Positions 50,786 through 60,995 of a stretch of DNA of 64,000 bases are shown here, piece after piece. The notes beneath the pieces were generated by a model. That model saw only the letters and a list, made by a program, of their open reading frames with translations. It was not told where the DNA came from and did not search any database. Positions within the stretch are counted from its first letter, which is position 1. The number at the start of each line of letters is the position of its first letter. The stretch is taken from positions 512,001-576,000 of the forward strand of contig OZ245838.1 in NCBI GenBank assembly GCA_965228735.1, read 5' to 3'. Both the position numbers and the translations under genes were made by a program. This stretch comes from Planctomycetota bacterium (GTDB lineage: Bacteria; Planctomycetota; UBA1135; UBA2386).

Positions 50786-51277
50786 CTACGGGGTGATCGT
50801 CATGCCGACGACAGCGCTGGGATAGAACGGTACGCTGCCAAGTCCGGGTTGCAGTTCAAACGACTGAAACGCGAGCGTCGTTCCGATGAAGGTTGGCTGG
50901 TTGGGGACGTAGAGAAAGAAGTTGAACTCACCCGCGACGAACACGGTTGAGAGGGGAGTGACATGGAGCGTGTTGACAGCGGTCCCGCTGTAGCACGAGA
51001 CGACGGCTGGCGGGATTGGCGTGGGCGCAGTCGCTGGGAGTCCAATGAAGAGCACTGTCAGTGGGCTCGCAAGCGATCCCGCCTGGACACGGATGGTGCT
51101 GTTGATCGTGCTGACTCCGCTCACGTCTAAATCGGCGGAGAAGGTCCCTCCTGAGCTGCCGGGACAGGGGCAGGTGATGTGGAAGGACGGCGGTGGCGGG
51201 GCGGAGTTGACGTTGCACTGGTACTGGGCGGTGGCCAGAGAAGCGGTGAGCGCGAACGACAAGAAGGAGTGGTGCAT
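50786..51277 (-). CDS. Small secreted protein consisting mostly of the recurring C-terminal domain
   Basis: Signal peptide; VLFIG...LHVTP...VPNQPTFIGTTLAFQ...S. Confidence 0.6.
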   Translation of the reverse strand: MHHSFLSFALTASLATAQYQCNVNSAPPPPSFHITCPCPGSSGGTFSADLDVSGVSTINSTIRVQAGSLASPLTVLFIGLPATAPTPIPPAVVSCYSGTAVNTLHVTPLSTVFVAGEFNFFLYVPNQPTFIGTTLAFQSFELQPGLGSVPFYPSAVVGMTITP

Positions 51278-51437
51278 GGTCGTCTTCAGGGCCAAGTGTC
51301 ATCCAACATCGTATCTGCGCCACGCACTGCTTTGGACTGGGTCGAATGCCGGCGCTTCGCATCTCCGCATCGTCATTTGCGTTCGTCGGTAGGTCCGCCT
51401 TGGTCAGAGCGCCGAAGGGTGTGATCTTGGACAAGCT

Positions 51438-52712
51438 CTAGCCGAGGTCGCGCATCACCTCGGTCGCGAGCTTCTGCTGTGCGGCCCTCGTGTAGAGCTG
51501 GGTGACATCCAGCGTCCAGTGGCCGCCGATCGCCGCGGCGGCCTCCAGCCCGCGCTTCTCGCGGATCCTTGACAGCGCGGCGTGGCGCAGCATGTGAGGT
51601 GTCCACCGACCAACCTTCGCTTTCTCGCATGCGCGGCGGATGGCGACCTGCACGGCGTTCGTCGTGTAGGTGTCCCCCGGGATTCGCTTTGGCTGGGCTT
51701 GCCTGCGTCGAGCGTTCTTGGCTTGGCGGGTGGCCGCCTTGGCGTCGTCCAGGTCGGGACGTCGGCGCCCGTTGGCTTCGGTAACGGCGTCGCAGGGGCG
51801 GAACCAGGGGCGGTCGGGGGAGATCTGGAGGAAGGGGCGCAGGATCGCTTGTGCCTCGGATCCGATCGGGATCACGCGGTCCTTCCCGCGGTGGGTGGTC
51901 TTGTGCTGCGGGGGAGAGAACAGCCAGACATCACCGCGCATTTCGACGTGCTCGCGAGCGAGCTGCACGGCCTCGCCCATCCGCGCGCCGGTGTGCCAAC
52001 AGAACCAGACGAGTGCAGCGACTGGTCGCGGCAAGTGGGTGACCGTGGCCTTTACCTGGTCCTCGGTGACGGGTTCAAGGCCGCTCGTCTCTCGAGCTCC
52101 ACTGCGGCCCGCCTTGAGTGCAGGCACCGTCGCGAGGCGGTGGTAGGTAGCCGCAGGGACCAGCTCGTTGGCCTCGGCCCATCGGAACATCTGCTTGATA
52201 CGACGGACGACGCCGTTGATGTAGTTCCGGCTGAAGGTCTTGCCGGTGCCGGGGATCTCACGGCCAAGCTTGTCGTGCTTCTGGCCGTAGCGGCGCCCGG
52301 TGAGTCCATCCTGGAACTGCGCCAGCTTGCTCGGTCCGAACTCCTCGGGGTGGACCTGGCCGAACGACTCGGTCAGCATGAGGCACGCTCGCTGGATCGA
52401 GAGGTGTTCGCCAGTGTGCGAGCCGTCTGCTCGACGGTAGTAGCTCTCGGCGTGGGCCTCGAAGCGATCGGCGAGGTCCCGCAGGTTGCGGGGGCGCGCA
52501 CCTGGCTCGGCGGCCCGGGCGACAGGGAACTCGTTGCCGCCTGCGATCCACTCGGCGAGGAGCTTGCGGTAGCGCTTCTCGGACTCCTCTCCAGGACGGC
52601 CGAGGTAGTAGTCGCGGCGCGAACCGCGAGGGTTGGTCAACGTGACGACAGACTGCCCCGTGCGCTTGTGCAGACGCAACTTGGGCAGGGAGCCAGCAGG
52701 GGTGCGGGCCAT
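51438..52712 (-). CDS. Tyrosine integrase
   Basis: TGAR..E, HK, HMLRH, GH, Y catalytic set; adjacent to att. Confidence 0.95.
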   Translation of the reverse strand: MARTPAGSLPKLRLHKRTGQSVVTLTNPRGSRRDYYLGRPGEESEKRYRKLLAEWIAGGNEFPVARAAEPGARPRNLRDLADRFEAHAESYYRRADGSHTGEHLSIQRACLMLTESFGQVHPEEFGPSKLAQFQDGLTGRRYGQKHDKLGREIPGTGKTFSRNYINGVVRRIKQMFRWAEANELVPAATYHRLATVPALKAGRSGARETSGLEPVTEDQVKATVTHLPRPVAALVWFCWHTGARMGEAVQLAREHVEMRGDVWLFSPPQHKTTHRGKDRVIPIGSEAQAILRPFLQISPDRPWFRPCDAVTEANGRRRPDLDDAKAATRQAKNARRRQAQPKRIPGDTYTTNAVQVAIRRACEKAKVGRWTPHMLRHAALSRIREKRGLEAAAAIGGHWTLDVTQLYTRAAQQKLATEVMRDLG

Positions 52713-52727
52713 GCGGAACCTCTCGAA

Positions 52728-52747
52728 TGCGGTAGGGATTGCGGTAG
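52728..52747 (+). promoter_or_regulatory. Putative integrase arm-type sites (TGCGGTAG x2)
   Basis: Copies at 52728 and 52740, between the integrase start and att. Confidence 0.75.
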
Positions 52748-52827
52748 TCGCAACCCGAAGAGGCCGCACGACGCCCGCCGCTCGGCGGTTCGCGGTGATC
52801 GAACTAGCGATCGACGGCAGGGTTAAG

Positions 52828-52874
52828 AATGGAGCGGGTGATCGGGATCGAACCGACGACATTCAGCTTGGGAA
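52828..52874 (-). repeat. att repeat: 3' half of tRNA-Gly(CCC), 5' half absent
   Basis: Identical to 29752-29798; no GCGGGTG acceptor strand or D arm upstream. Confidence 0.93.
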
Positions 52875-53157
52875 GCGCGTCTGACGGTCCGGGGGCAGGT
52901 GAGGGCGATCGCGGTCGGACGCGGTCAAGTCAAGACAATAGCACGACCTGCGATCACCAAGATGAACCGACTTGTGATGAGGATGGGGACACCTGAGGGC
53001 ATGCGCGGGGCGAATTGTCGGCACTAAACTGGCACACGAGACGGCGTGGGTCGCTCCATGGAGGTTCCCTTGTTCGCCCACCTCTGGCACGCCGCGGTTG
53101 CGGTGAGGCAAGGCCCAGGGGCAACTGAGCGTGGAACTCCGCCGCGCGGCTACTTCG

Positions 53158-53525
53158 CTACTTCCCCTTCTCCGGTTGCTTGACCGGGGGTGGCGCGGGC
53201 TTCTTACTGAGTGCCTTCAGGCGCGCGAGGAACGGTTTGGCCTCCTCGAACTTCCGCAGCTTGTCGACGACCAACCCCTCGGTGCTGATGAAGAACACAT
53301 CGGGGATACCCTTTACTCCGAAGGCCTTGGCAAGCTCCGGGTTCTTGTCGAGGTCTTACGAGTATGAGCTCGACACCGTCGAGGGCTTTTGCGACCTCTG
53401 TCTCCGCCAGCGTGATCTTCTTTAGCTGCTTGCACGGTCCACACCACTCAGCCCAGAAGTCGATCACGATCGGCTTGCCGGCCGCGCGCGCCTTGGTGAT
53501 GGCGGTCGTGAAGAACTCCGGGGGG
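53158..53525 (-). pseudogene. Thioredoxin-domain remnant with frameshift
   Basis: IDFWAEWCGPCK; one extra base near 53356 separates ELILV from DLDKNPELAKAFGVKGIP; no clear 5' start. Confidence 0.8.
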
Positions 53526-53628
53526 CTTCGGAGCGGGCATCTGCTGCGGCTTGGGAGTCGGACTTCCGCTACGATAGGCCGAAATGTACTCAACTGTTGT
53601 CGGGAAGGTGCCCGATGCCTAAACTGAG

Positions 53629-54126
53629 ATGATGACCATGGGCTCCCACACGCAGCGCGCGGCGGCTTGGCTAAGCCTGCTGGTTGCCGTGTTCATCGCC
53701 CTGGTCCCGGCAAGTGGGGTGACGGTGTGCCTGGGCCATGATGGTCATCTTGGACTGGGCGTCGGTGTGCCATCGGTCGGAACCGGTGACTCCGTGACTC
53801 CGTGCCCTTGCCAGCACGACACGGCGCATTCGATGACGGCGCATTCTGCGCCGTCACAGGTAGTTGATGCAGAGCACCCACCGTGCGATGACCTGGTTCT
53901 TGACTGTTCGGAGGTAGTCAGGGAGTCCAGTTCCGGTTCGCCGCTTGCAGCGGCGATAGGAGACCTGGACGGGCATGATCTGCCGCCGTTGCCGTCAACG
54001 AGATGGGGGCGTGGAGGCCTCTGGCCTGACCGCGACTGCGTGCTGGTGGAGTCGTGGGTAGACGCCGCACGTCACAGACCGAGCCAGCAGCTTGAGCTGC
54101 GGCGGTCTGTCGTCCTTCTGATCTGA
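53629..54126 (+). CDS. Cys/His-rich hypothetical protein upstream of efflux operon
   Basis: CLGHDGH, CPCQH, HPPCDD, ...LRRSVVLLI end. Confidence 0.65.
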   Translation: MMTMGSHTQRAAAWLSLLVAVFIALVPASGVTVCLGHDGHLGLGVGVPSVGTGDSVTPCPCQHDTAHSMTAHSAPSQVVDAEHPPCDDLVLDCSEVVRESSSGSPLAAAIGDLDGHDLPPLPSTRWGRGGLWPDRDCVLVESWVDAARHRPSQQLELRRSVVLLI

Positions 54127-54191
54127 GTTCTCCTGAGTTCCATGAGTGCGCCGCCATGTCGGTGGCGTCTTGAGAACCTCAGGAGGACAGT

Positions 54192-55649
54192 TTGGAATCA
54201 CGAAGTAAATCCGTCCCAAGGGCGGTGCAGAACATCACATCACCGAGGCGCGTTGCGCTCTCGGTAGGGCTCGCATTCACGTTGTCGGGTTGCGCTACGC
54301 AATCCTACGAACCCGACCCTATTCTCCGGGAAGAACTCGTTGTCCTCTCGAACGAGCGGGAGGGTCCGTCGGCCGATGCGAAGCCGGGAAAGCTGACTCT
54401 TTCCAGGGCAGCTCAGTGGCTCCGCGAGCGTGGTCCCCGAGTGCAAGAAGCAATAGCTCGCTATCGCACAGCTGCTGCCAAGGCTAGGGTCTCGACACCG
54501 TGGCCGAACCCTGGGATCTACGCGGGACCCGAGTTTGGCTTCGGGCGGGAAGACCCGATCAACAAAGTCGTTCCCTTCGGCGGGCTCACGCTCACGATTC
54601 CAATCAGTGGGCGACTGGGAAGGCAGGACGACGTGAACGCGGCTCTGGCAGGGGCGGCTCGCGCCGAAGCGCTCGCGACCTTCAGGGAACTCTATCTGGA
54701 TCTTCGCGCGGCCTACGTTCGCCTTGCCGTTGCCGAGAAACGCGCGTTGGTGCGTGAGTCCGTGCTGGGGGCTGCTCGAGCCTCGTTGACTGTCGTCAAC
54801 GACCTGGTCGTTGCCGGTGGTGCGACAGCGCTCGATGTCTCCCTATTTCAGCTCGAGCATGCTCGGGAATGCAGTCGCGTGCTTGGAGCTCGATTGGACC
54901 GAGTCAATGCTGCGGCCGATATGTCGCAGCTTGTGGCCATCCGTGCATCGCGATTGGGAGTGCTGCCCGAGCAGGCATTGCCCGAGCTTCCTGCACAGGT
55001 TCCGGGCGCCGAGGATTTGCATGAGTTGGTTGTGAACGAGCACCCACGCCTGTTCCGTATTCGCGCTGAGTACGAGGTCGCTGAACGCCAGCTGCATCTT
55101 GAGGTGGTCAGGCAATACCCTGATCTTGTCTTTGGGCCATCCATCGGGGGAGAGACAGGTGAGCGGGGCACGATCCTCGGTCTGAGCCTGGGCATAGAAC
55201 TCCCAATCTTCGACCGCAACCAGCAAGCGATTGCCCAGGCCCGCAAGCTCCGAGAAGAGACTCGTACACGTTATGAAAGCGAGGCACATCGGGTCTTGAA
55301 CGCAGTCGAACGCGCGCGCGCAACTGTCGAACTCGCATCGGCACAGCACCGAATTCTCCGTGACGAGGTGCTTCCGGCCGCGCAGACCAACGTCAGAATT
55401 GCGGAGCAATCACTCGCTGCTGGCGCCGCCGGTGCACTTCAGTTGATTGACGCCGAACGCAGCCTTCGACAGGTGCAAGTCGAAGTCCTCGAGGCTCGGC
55501 TTGCGCAGCACTTGGCGTGGTCGGACCTCGAGAAGGCAGTCGGAATGCCTCTAGTCCGATTCGGTTCGGACCCTGAAGCAGGCGGTCGTACGCCGCCAAG
55601 AGAGCTCATCAAAGACAACGCAAGCGAAGAACAAGGAGTAGAGAGATGA
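54192..55649 (+). CDS. TolC/CzcC-family outer membrane efflux protein
   Basis: RBS AGGAGG, LSGC lipobox, ELPIFDRNQ, helical repeats. Confidence 0.9.
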   Translation: MESRSKSVPRAVQNITSPRRVALSVGLAFTLSGCATQSYEPDPILREELVVLSNEREGPSADAKPGKLTLSRAAQWLRERGPRVQEAIARYRTAAAKARVSTPWPNPGIYAGPEFGFGREDPINKVVPFGGLTLTIPISGRLGRQDDVNAALAGAARAEALATFRELYLDLRAAYVRLAVAEKRALVRESVLGAARASLTVVNDLVVAGGATALDVSLFQLEHARECSRVLGARLDRVNAAADMSQLVAIRASRLGVLPEQALPELPAQVPGAEDLHELVVNEHPRLFRIRAEYEVAERQLHLEVVRQYPDLVFGPSIGGETGERGTILGLSLGIELPIFDRNQQAIAQARKLREETRTRYESEAHRVLNAVERARATVELASAQHRILRDEVLPAAQTNVRIAEQSLAAGAAGALQLIDAERSLRQVQVEVLEARLAQHLAWSDLEKAVGMPLVRFGSDPEAGGRTPPRELIKDNASEEQGVER

Positions 55650-57271
55650 GAAAGCACAGGTGGGAGATCACCGTTGTGGCCGCCTTGTGCACCGTCGCAG
55701 GGCTCCTTACTGGCGGAATGGTAGCTGGAGGTGACGCGGCAAAGCCGGCAGAAGATGCGGGCGCCGCAAGTCACGGGCCGCATCTTCCGGCTGCAACGAT
55801 TACGAACCTAGGGATTCGTATCGAGGAGGTTGAGCCGTCGACCTACTTTCGCAAGGCCTCCGTTGCGGCCGTGATCGTCGATACGCCCTCCACCGAGCAG
55901 CCGGTGTTTGCACCGATTGGTGGCCGCGTCGAGAGCATCGAGGTGGAACCCGGTACTATCGTGGCCCCGGAGAAAACAGTGGTCACGTTGGTGCGTGATC
56001 CTCTTCCCCGTCCAACGCTAACGCTGACCGCCGATGTGCTGCGCCCGGCCCAAGAGCGTCTGCATGAGAACGTGTTGCTTCTGCGCAAGTCTGCTGAGGA
56101 CGTGCGCATCGCAAGCACAGAGCTCAAGCGCGTGGAGAAGTTCACCGGCAACGTCGGGGGGCGTGAGCTTCCCATTCTCCCGCGGCAGCGCGCTATCGAT
56201 CTGCGCTACCAGCTCTCGAGATCGACGAAAGAACACGAACAGGCTCGGCTGGAGCTTCAGAAGCACGGGCTCTCGGACGAGCAGATTCGCGATGTTGAGG
56301 GAGGGGCGACTCTGCCCGAGTTCACGGAAGAGACTTGGCAGCGTGCGCTAGCGAGGAACGGGCTCTGGCCCGCGGCGGCGCAGAAGCTGAACGCAGTTCT
56401 TCCGGAAGCGATTCGCGAACTACCTTGGGCAACTGCAACTGTCGGTGAACTCGCCGCGAGCGGTCTTGCGACCGATGAGCTCACGGAGTGGGTCAAGTCA
56501 GAAGACGTTGCCCAACACTTTCTCGACATCGGCGTGTTGTTGCAGCGTGGACACACACTTGCTGACCTCAAGCGACTCCACAAACTCAACGCTTTGGAGC
56601 CTGTCGTTCGTGTCGAAGCCCCGACCAACGACGGGACGTGGGACGTCCTCGATGTGCAGGTGAAGCGCGGAGCAAAGGTCAGCGAAGGTCAAGCGCTGAT
56701 CGTCCTGCGAGACCCGCGGCGTCTGCTGTTGCGCACTGAACCCGTTGGAGGAGAAGTGGCGTCGGTGCTTGCTGCGGCAGGAGATGGCCACAGCATCACT
56801 GCGACGCCACTCGTAAAGGGGTCCGGGCCCGTCCTCGAGGGGCTTCGGATCAGCTACGTCGAGAGCTCCACCAAGAACGAGGGCACACTCGCTTTCGTTG
56901 AGGTCGCTAACACACCGCAGTCTGAGATCGACCGCGGCGGCGGTCGGAAATCTCGCACGTGGAAGCTGCGCGAGGGGCTGCGCTATCTGCTGAACGTGCC
57001 CACGCAGAAGATGGAGAACGTGTACGTGCTACCTGCTTCGGCTGTAACTGAAGACGGGCCGAACAAGGTTGTCTTCCTCCAAGACGGCGACAGCTTCAAG
57101 CCGGTGCCGATTGTCGTGGCGTACCAGGATCACGAAGTCGTGGTTGTTCCAGCCTCGAAGGAAGTCGCGCTGTTCCCGGGCGATCCTGTGGTGATGTCCG
57201 GAGCGTTCGAGCTCGGGCTCGCCATGAAGAGCGGCGATGCGGTCGACGCTCATGCGGGTCACAACCACTAG
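55646..57271 (+). CDS. RND periplasmic adaptor (CzcB/CusB-like)
   Basis: APIGGRV lipoyl motif, LPASAV, C-terminal DAHAGHNH. Confidence 0.85.
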   Translation: MRKHRWEITVVAALCTVAGLLTGGMVAGGDAAKPAEDAGAASHGPHLPAATITNLGIRIEEVEPSTYFRKASVAAVIVDTPSTEQPVFAPIGGRVESIEVEPGTIVAPEKTVVTLVRDPLPRPTLTLTADVLRPAQERLHENVLLLRKSAEDVRIASTELKRVEKFTGNVGGRELPILPRQRAIDLRYQLSRSTKEHEQARLELQKHGLSDEQIRDVEGGATLPEFTEETWQRALARNGLWPAAAQKLNAVLPEAIRELPWATATVGELAASGLATDELTEWVKSEDVAQHFLDIGVLLQRGHTLADLKRLHKLNALEPVVRVEAPTNDGTWDVLDVQVKRGAKVSEGQALIVLRDPRRLLLRTEPVGGEVASVLAAAGDGHSITATPLVKGSGPVLEGLRISYVESSTKNEGTLAFVEVANTPQSEIDRGGGRKSRTWKLREGLRYLLNVPTQKMENVYVLPASAVTEDGPNKVVFLQDGDSFKPVPIVVAYQDHEVVVVPASKEVALFPGDPVVMSGAFELGLAMKSGDAVDAHAGHNH

Positions 57272-57283
57272 GAGGGATGGCAG

Positions 57284-60200
57284 ATGCTGAATCGAATCAT
57301 CGCAGCGGCTTTGGCCAATCGCGCCATCGTACTTCTCTTTGCTCTGTTGGTTGGCGGGTATGGGTTGTTCAAGGCCGCGAATACGCCGATCGACGTGCTT
57401 CCAGACCTGAATCGACCAATCGTCACGGTCATGACGGAAGCCCACGGCATGGTGCCCGAGGACGTGGAGCGGCTCGTCACTTGGCCCATCGAACAGGTGA
57501 TGAACGGTGCCACGGGGGTGTTCCGAGTACGCTCTGCAAGTGGGCTCGGTCTCTCCGTTGTCTACGTCGAGTTCGACTGGGGAACCGATATCTACCTGGA
57601 CCGGCAGATCGTTGCCGAGAAACTCCAGAGTGCGGTACCGGCATTGCCGCCCGACGTCCAGCCGATCCTCGCCCCGATCAGCAGCATCATGGGGCAGGTG
57701 CAGATGATCGGGTTTCAGAGCAAGACCGGGGAGACCGACATCCTCGAGCTGCGCCGCACGATCGACCGAGACGTTCGACCTCGGATCTTGTCCCTCTCAG
57801 GTATCGCGCAGGTCATCACTATTGGCGGCCAGCCATCGGAGCTGCAGGTCGTCGTCGACGCAGACAAGCTCCGTGTGTTCGACGTAACCCTGCAGGAAGT
57901 CGCGAAAGCCACGGAGGGTGCGAACATCAATGTGGCAGGCGGCTTCCTTAACATTGGTGCAAAGGGACCCCTCGTGGCTGTCTCGGGCCTCCTGGAGAAA
58001 CCCGAGGAGCTGACCGGAGCCGTAGTGCGAGAAGACCCGGTTCGCCCGATTCGGATCGAAGACGTTGCGGATGTCGTCTTCGGACCTGCGGCAATTCCGA
58101 CGGGCACTGCCGGGATCAACGGAGAGCCAGGCATCGTGATGGTGATCATGAAGCAGCCTGGTATCGACACTCTGGCACTGACCGAGCGTGTCAACGCAGA
58201 GCTGCGGCAGATTCAGCGAGAGCTACCGAAGGACGTCGTCGTGGACGACGGAGTGTTTCAGCAAGCCGCATTCATCGAGCGCGCCATCGACAACGTGCTC
58301 GAGGCGGTGCGGGACGGTGCCATCCTCGTCGTCATCATTCTGTTCCTGTTCCTGCTGAACTTCCGGACAACGTTCATCACGCTCTCCGCGATTCCGCTCT
58401 CTGTCGCGATCGCCTCACTCGTCTTCGCCGCATTCGGGCTGACGATCAACACGATGACCCTCGGTGGTCTCGCCGTGGCCATCGGGACACTCGTCGACGA
58501 CGCAATCGTCGACGTGGAGAATGTGTTTCGGCGTCTGCACGAGAACTCGCGCAGGGAGCGCAAGGAACCCGTGCTCTGGATTCTGTTCGTGGCATCGAGC
58601 GAGGTTCGCAAGCCCGTCATGTACGGCACCCTTCTCGTGACAGTCGTCTACCTGCCCCTGTTCTTCTTGAGTGGCATCGAGGGAAGGCTCTTCGCTCCAA
58701 TCGGGCTTGCTTACATTATCAGCGTGTTCGCGTCGACCCTCGTGGCCCTGACGGTCACGCCCGTGCTTTGCTACTACCTCCTGGGGCGACGCGCACAGCA
58801 AGCTTCCGAAGAGAGATACGGCGGCTGGTTGGTCACGCGCTTGCGTGCTGCCGCGGCCTCTGGTGTGCACGTCAGCACCCGACACGTGGAACGCATCCTT
58901 GCGGTATGCGTCGTTGCGTTCCTGATCGTCGGAACTCTGTTGATGAACACAGGGTCGACGTTCTTGCCGCCGTTCAACGAAGGAACGGCCCAGGTGAACA
59001 TCGTGCTTCCTCCCGATGCGAGCTTGAAAACGTCTGACCGATTCGGCCGCCGCATGGAGGATCTGATCAAAGACATCGAGGGCGTCGGCAGCGTGGCTCG
59101 AAGAACCGGTCGGGCTCCGCAGGATGAGCACGCGATGCCGGTCAGTGTGAGCGAAGCAATCGTGAACTTCGACCCGAACTCGACTCGGTCTCGAGAGGAG
59201 GTCATCGAAGAGATTCGCGACAAGATGTCCTACGAGTTCCCGGGCGTGGCGTATTCAGCAGAGCAACCGCTCGCTCACTTGCTAAGCCACCTACTTTCGG
59301 GCGTCACGGCGCAGGTCGCGATCAAAATCGCCGGCCCGGACCTTGACGTTCTTCGGGACACAGCGGCCGAGGTCGAAGCCAAGGTCAAGGCGATCGATGG
59401 GGTTCGGGACCTCTACACCGAGCCACAAGTGCTCATCGATCAAGTGGAGGTCAAGCCGCGGCGTACCGAGCTCGCGCGCCAAGGCATCGGTGTCGACACA
59501 CTAGCGGAGACTGTCGAACTTGCCATGGGAGGTCAGGAGGTCTCCCGACTGCAGGTCGGCCAGATCGCCTACCCGATCAAGGTGCGTTTGCGAGAGGAGG
59601 ACCGACAGAACCTCTCCCAACTGGCAGGCCTCTACTTGCGGCGCGGAGACGCGTCGTTGGTCCGAATCGCCGACGTTGCCGATGTCCGGGTGTCGAAGAC
59701 TCCGAACAACATCAACCGAGAGAATGTGCAGCGCCGGATCGTGGTCCAGCACAACGTAGGAGGGCGCTCACTGGGCGAGGTCGTCACCGAGGTCACCGCG
59801 GCGCTGGAGCCTGTACGCGAGAAGCTCGCGGCCATGTCCGGCTACACAATTCGAATCAGCGGTCAGTTCGAGGCACAGCAAGAGGCGACGCAACTGATCA
59901 TGTCGCTGAGCGCGCTGTCGATCGTTTTGATGGTGCTGATTCTCTACATGCACTTCCGGTCCATGCGGCTAGCGATGCTTGTGCTGCTTACTCGACCAGT
60001 GGCGTTCATCGGCGCTGGTGCATATGTGGTGCTGAGCGGGCAAGTGATGTCGGTTGCGACGCTCGTTGGCTTCATCGCCTTGCTCGGCGTAGCCGCTCGA
60101 AACGCAATCCTGCTAGTCGATCACTACATGCACTTGATGCGTGAGGAGGGCGAGTCGTTCTCCATAGAGATGCTTGTGCGCGCTGGACAGGAACGAATCG

Positions 60201-60529
60201 TACCCGTGCTGATGACCGCGCTCACAAGCGGCATCGGCCTCGTACCGCTAGCACTTGCTGCCGATCAACCTGGCCGAGAACTCCTGTACCCGGTGGCGAC
60301 CGTGATCATCGGCGGCCTCGTCACGAACACGCTACTCGACTTCTTGGTGATGCCTGGCCTGTTCTGGCGGTTTGGACGTGCAGAGGCTGAGAGGCTAGCC
60401 AGCGAGACCGTACGGGACGAAGACATCGAGCACATTCGTAAGCAACTCCTGCCTGACGAGCAGGAGGATGACCAATTGCAACCTGCGTTGGCCGGTGGGC
60501 CACGCCTAACCCCAGAAGGTGAAGACTGA
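57284..60529 (+). CDS. Heavy-metal RND transporter (CzcA/CusA family)
   Basis: IDVLPDL, LVDDAIVDVEN, ERIVPVLMTA. Confidence 0.96.
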   Translation: MLNRIIAAALANRAIVLLFALLVGGYGLFKAANTPIDVLPDLNRPIVTVMTEAHGMVPEDVERLVTWPIEQVMNGATGVFRVRSASGLGLSVVYVEFDWGTDIYLDRQIVAEKLQSAVPALPPDVQPILAPISSIMGQVQMIGFQSKTGETDILELRRTIDRDVRPRILSLSGIAQVITIGGQPSELQVVVDADKLRVFDVTLQEVAKATEGANINVAGGFLNIGAKGPLVAVSGLLEKPEELTGAVVREDPVRPIRIEDVADVVFGPAAIPTGTAGINGEPGIVMVIMKQPGIDTLALTERVNAELRQIQRELPKDVVVDDGVFQQAAFIERAIDNVLEAVRDGAILVVIILFLFLLNFRTTFITLSAIPLSVAIASLVFAAFGLTINTMTLGGLAVAIGTLVDDAIVDVENVFRRLHENSRRERKEPVLWILFVASSEVRKPVMYGTLLVTVVYLPLFFLSGIEGRLFAPIGLAYIISVFASTLVALTVTPVLCYYLLGRRAQQASEERYGGWLVTRLRAAAASGVHVSTRHVERILAVCVVAFLIVGTLLMNTGSTFLPPFNEGTAQVNIVLPPDASLKTSDRFGRRMEDLIKDIEGVGSVARRTGRAPQDEHAMPVSVSEAIVNFDPNSTRSREEVIEEIRDKMSYEFPGVAYSAEQPLAHLLSHLLSGVTAQVAIKIAGPDLDVLRDTAAEVEAKVKAIDGVRDLYTEPQVLIDQVEVKPRRTELARQGIGVDTLAETVELAMGGQEVSRLQVGQIAYPIKVRLREEDRQNLSQLAGLYLRRGDASLVRIADVADVRVSKTPNNINRENVQRRIVVQHNVGGRSLGEVVTEVTAALEPVREKLAAMSGYTIRISGQFEAQQEATQLIMSLSALSIVLMVLILYMHFRSMRLAMLVLLTRPVAFIGAGAYVVLSGQVMSVATLVGFIALLGVAARNAILLVDHYMHLMREEGESFSIEMLVRAGQERIVPVLMTALTSGIGLVPLALAADQPGRELLYPVATVIIGGLVTNTLLDFLVMPGLFWRFGRAEAERLASETVRDEDIEHIRKQLLPDEQEDDQLQPALAGGPRLTPEGED

Positions 60530-60969
60530 TGATGAAGTTCGTTTCGATCGCACTCCCGATGCTGCTTGTCGTTGCATCTTGTTCCGACGAGAAGCACGAA
60601 GAAAAGCCAGGCAAGTCCGGTGTAGCTGCGCACGGCCACGAAGGCCCGCACGGTGGCCACCTTCTCGAGGTGGGTGACCATGTCGCGCATCTGGAAGTCA
60701 TGCACGACGAATCCGCGGGGAAGATGACCATCTACGTTCTTGGTCCGGACGCGAAGTCAGCCTTCACGGGCGCAAAAGCCCCGCAAGTCAAACTGACGAC
60801 GGACTCGGGACCCAAGGTGCTCTCGACAACTGCGGTCAGCGGTGAGGCCGGAGCCTTTGCCGTGACAGACCCTGCTCTGAAGGAACATGGCCCAGAGGGG
60901 CGGATCTCTATCGAGATTGGCGGGAAGAACTACAACCCCGCACTCGAGCACCACCACGAAGACCACTAG
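60529..60969 (+). CDS. His-rich metal-binding lipoprotein
   Basis: VASC lipobox, HGHEGPHGGHL, HHHEDH. Confidence 0.78.
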   Translation: MMKFVSIALPMLLVVASCSDEKHEEKPGKSGVAAHGHEGPHGGHLLEVGDHVAHLEVMHDESAGKMTIYVLGPDAKSAFTGAKAPQVKLTTDSGPKVLSTTAVSGEAGAFAVTDPALKEHGPEGRISIEIGGKNYNPALEHHHEDH

Positions 60970-60995
60970 TGGGAGCCGGTGGATGAGGAGATGAC

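Noticed and set aside
48877..51277. Integron cassette array
   Set aside because: Genes alternate in orientation; no attC GTTRRRY/RYYYAAC pattern or IntI was seen
51582..52826. 414-aa plus-strand ORF
   Set aside because: Antisense shadow of the integrase
52828..52905. Intact tRNA-Gly gene
   Set aside because: Only anticodon loop to CCA is present; no 5' acceptor strand or D arm (same at 29752)
53085..53101. Sigma-54 promoter TGGCAC...TTGC
   Set aside because: Spacing is 2 bp too long
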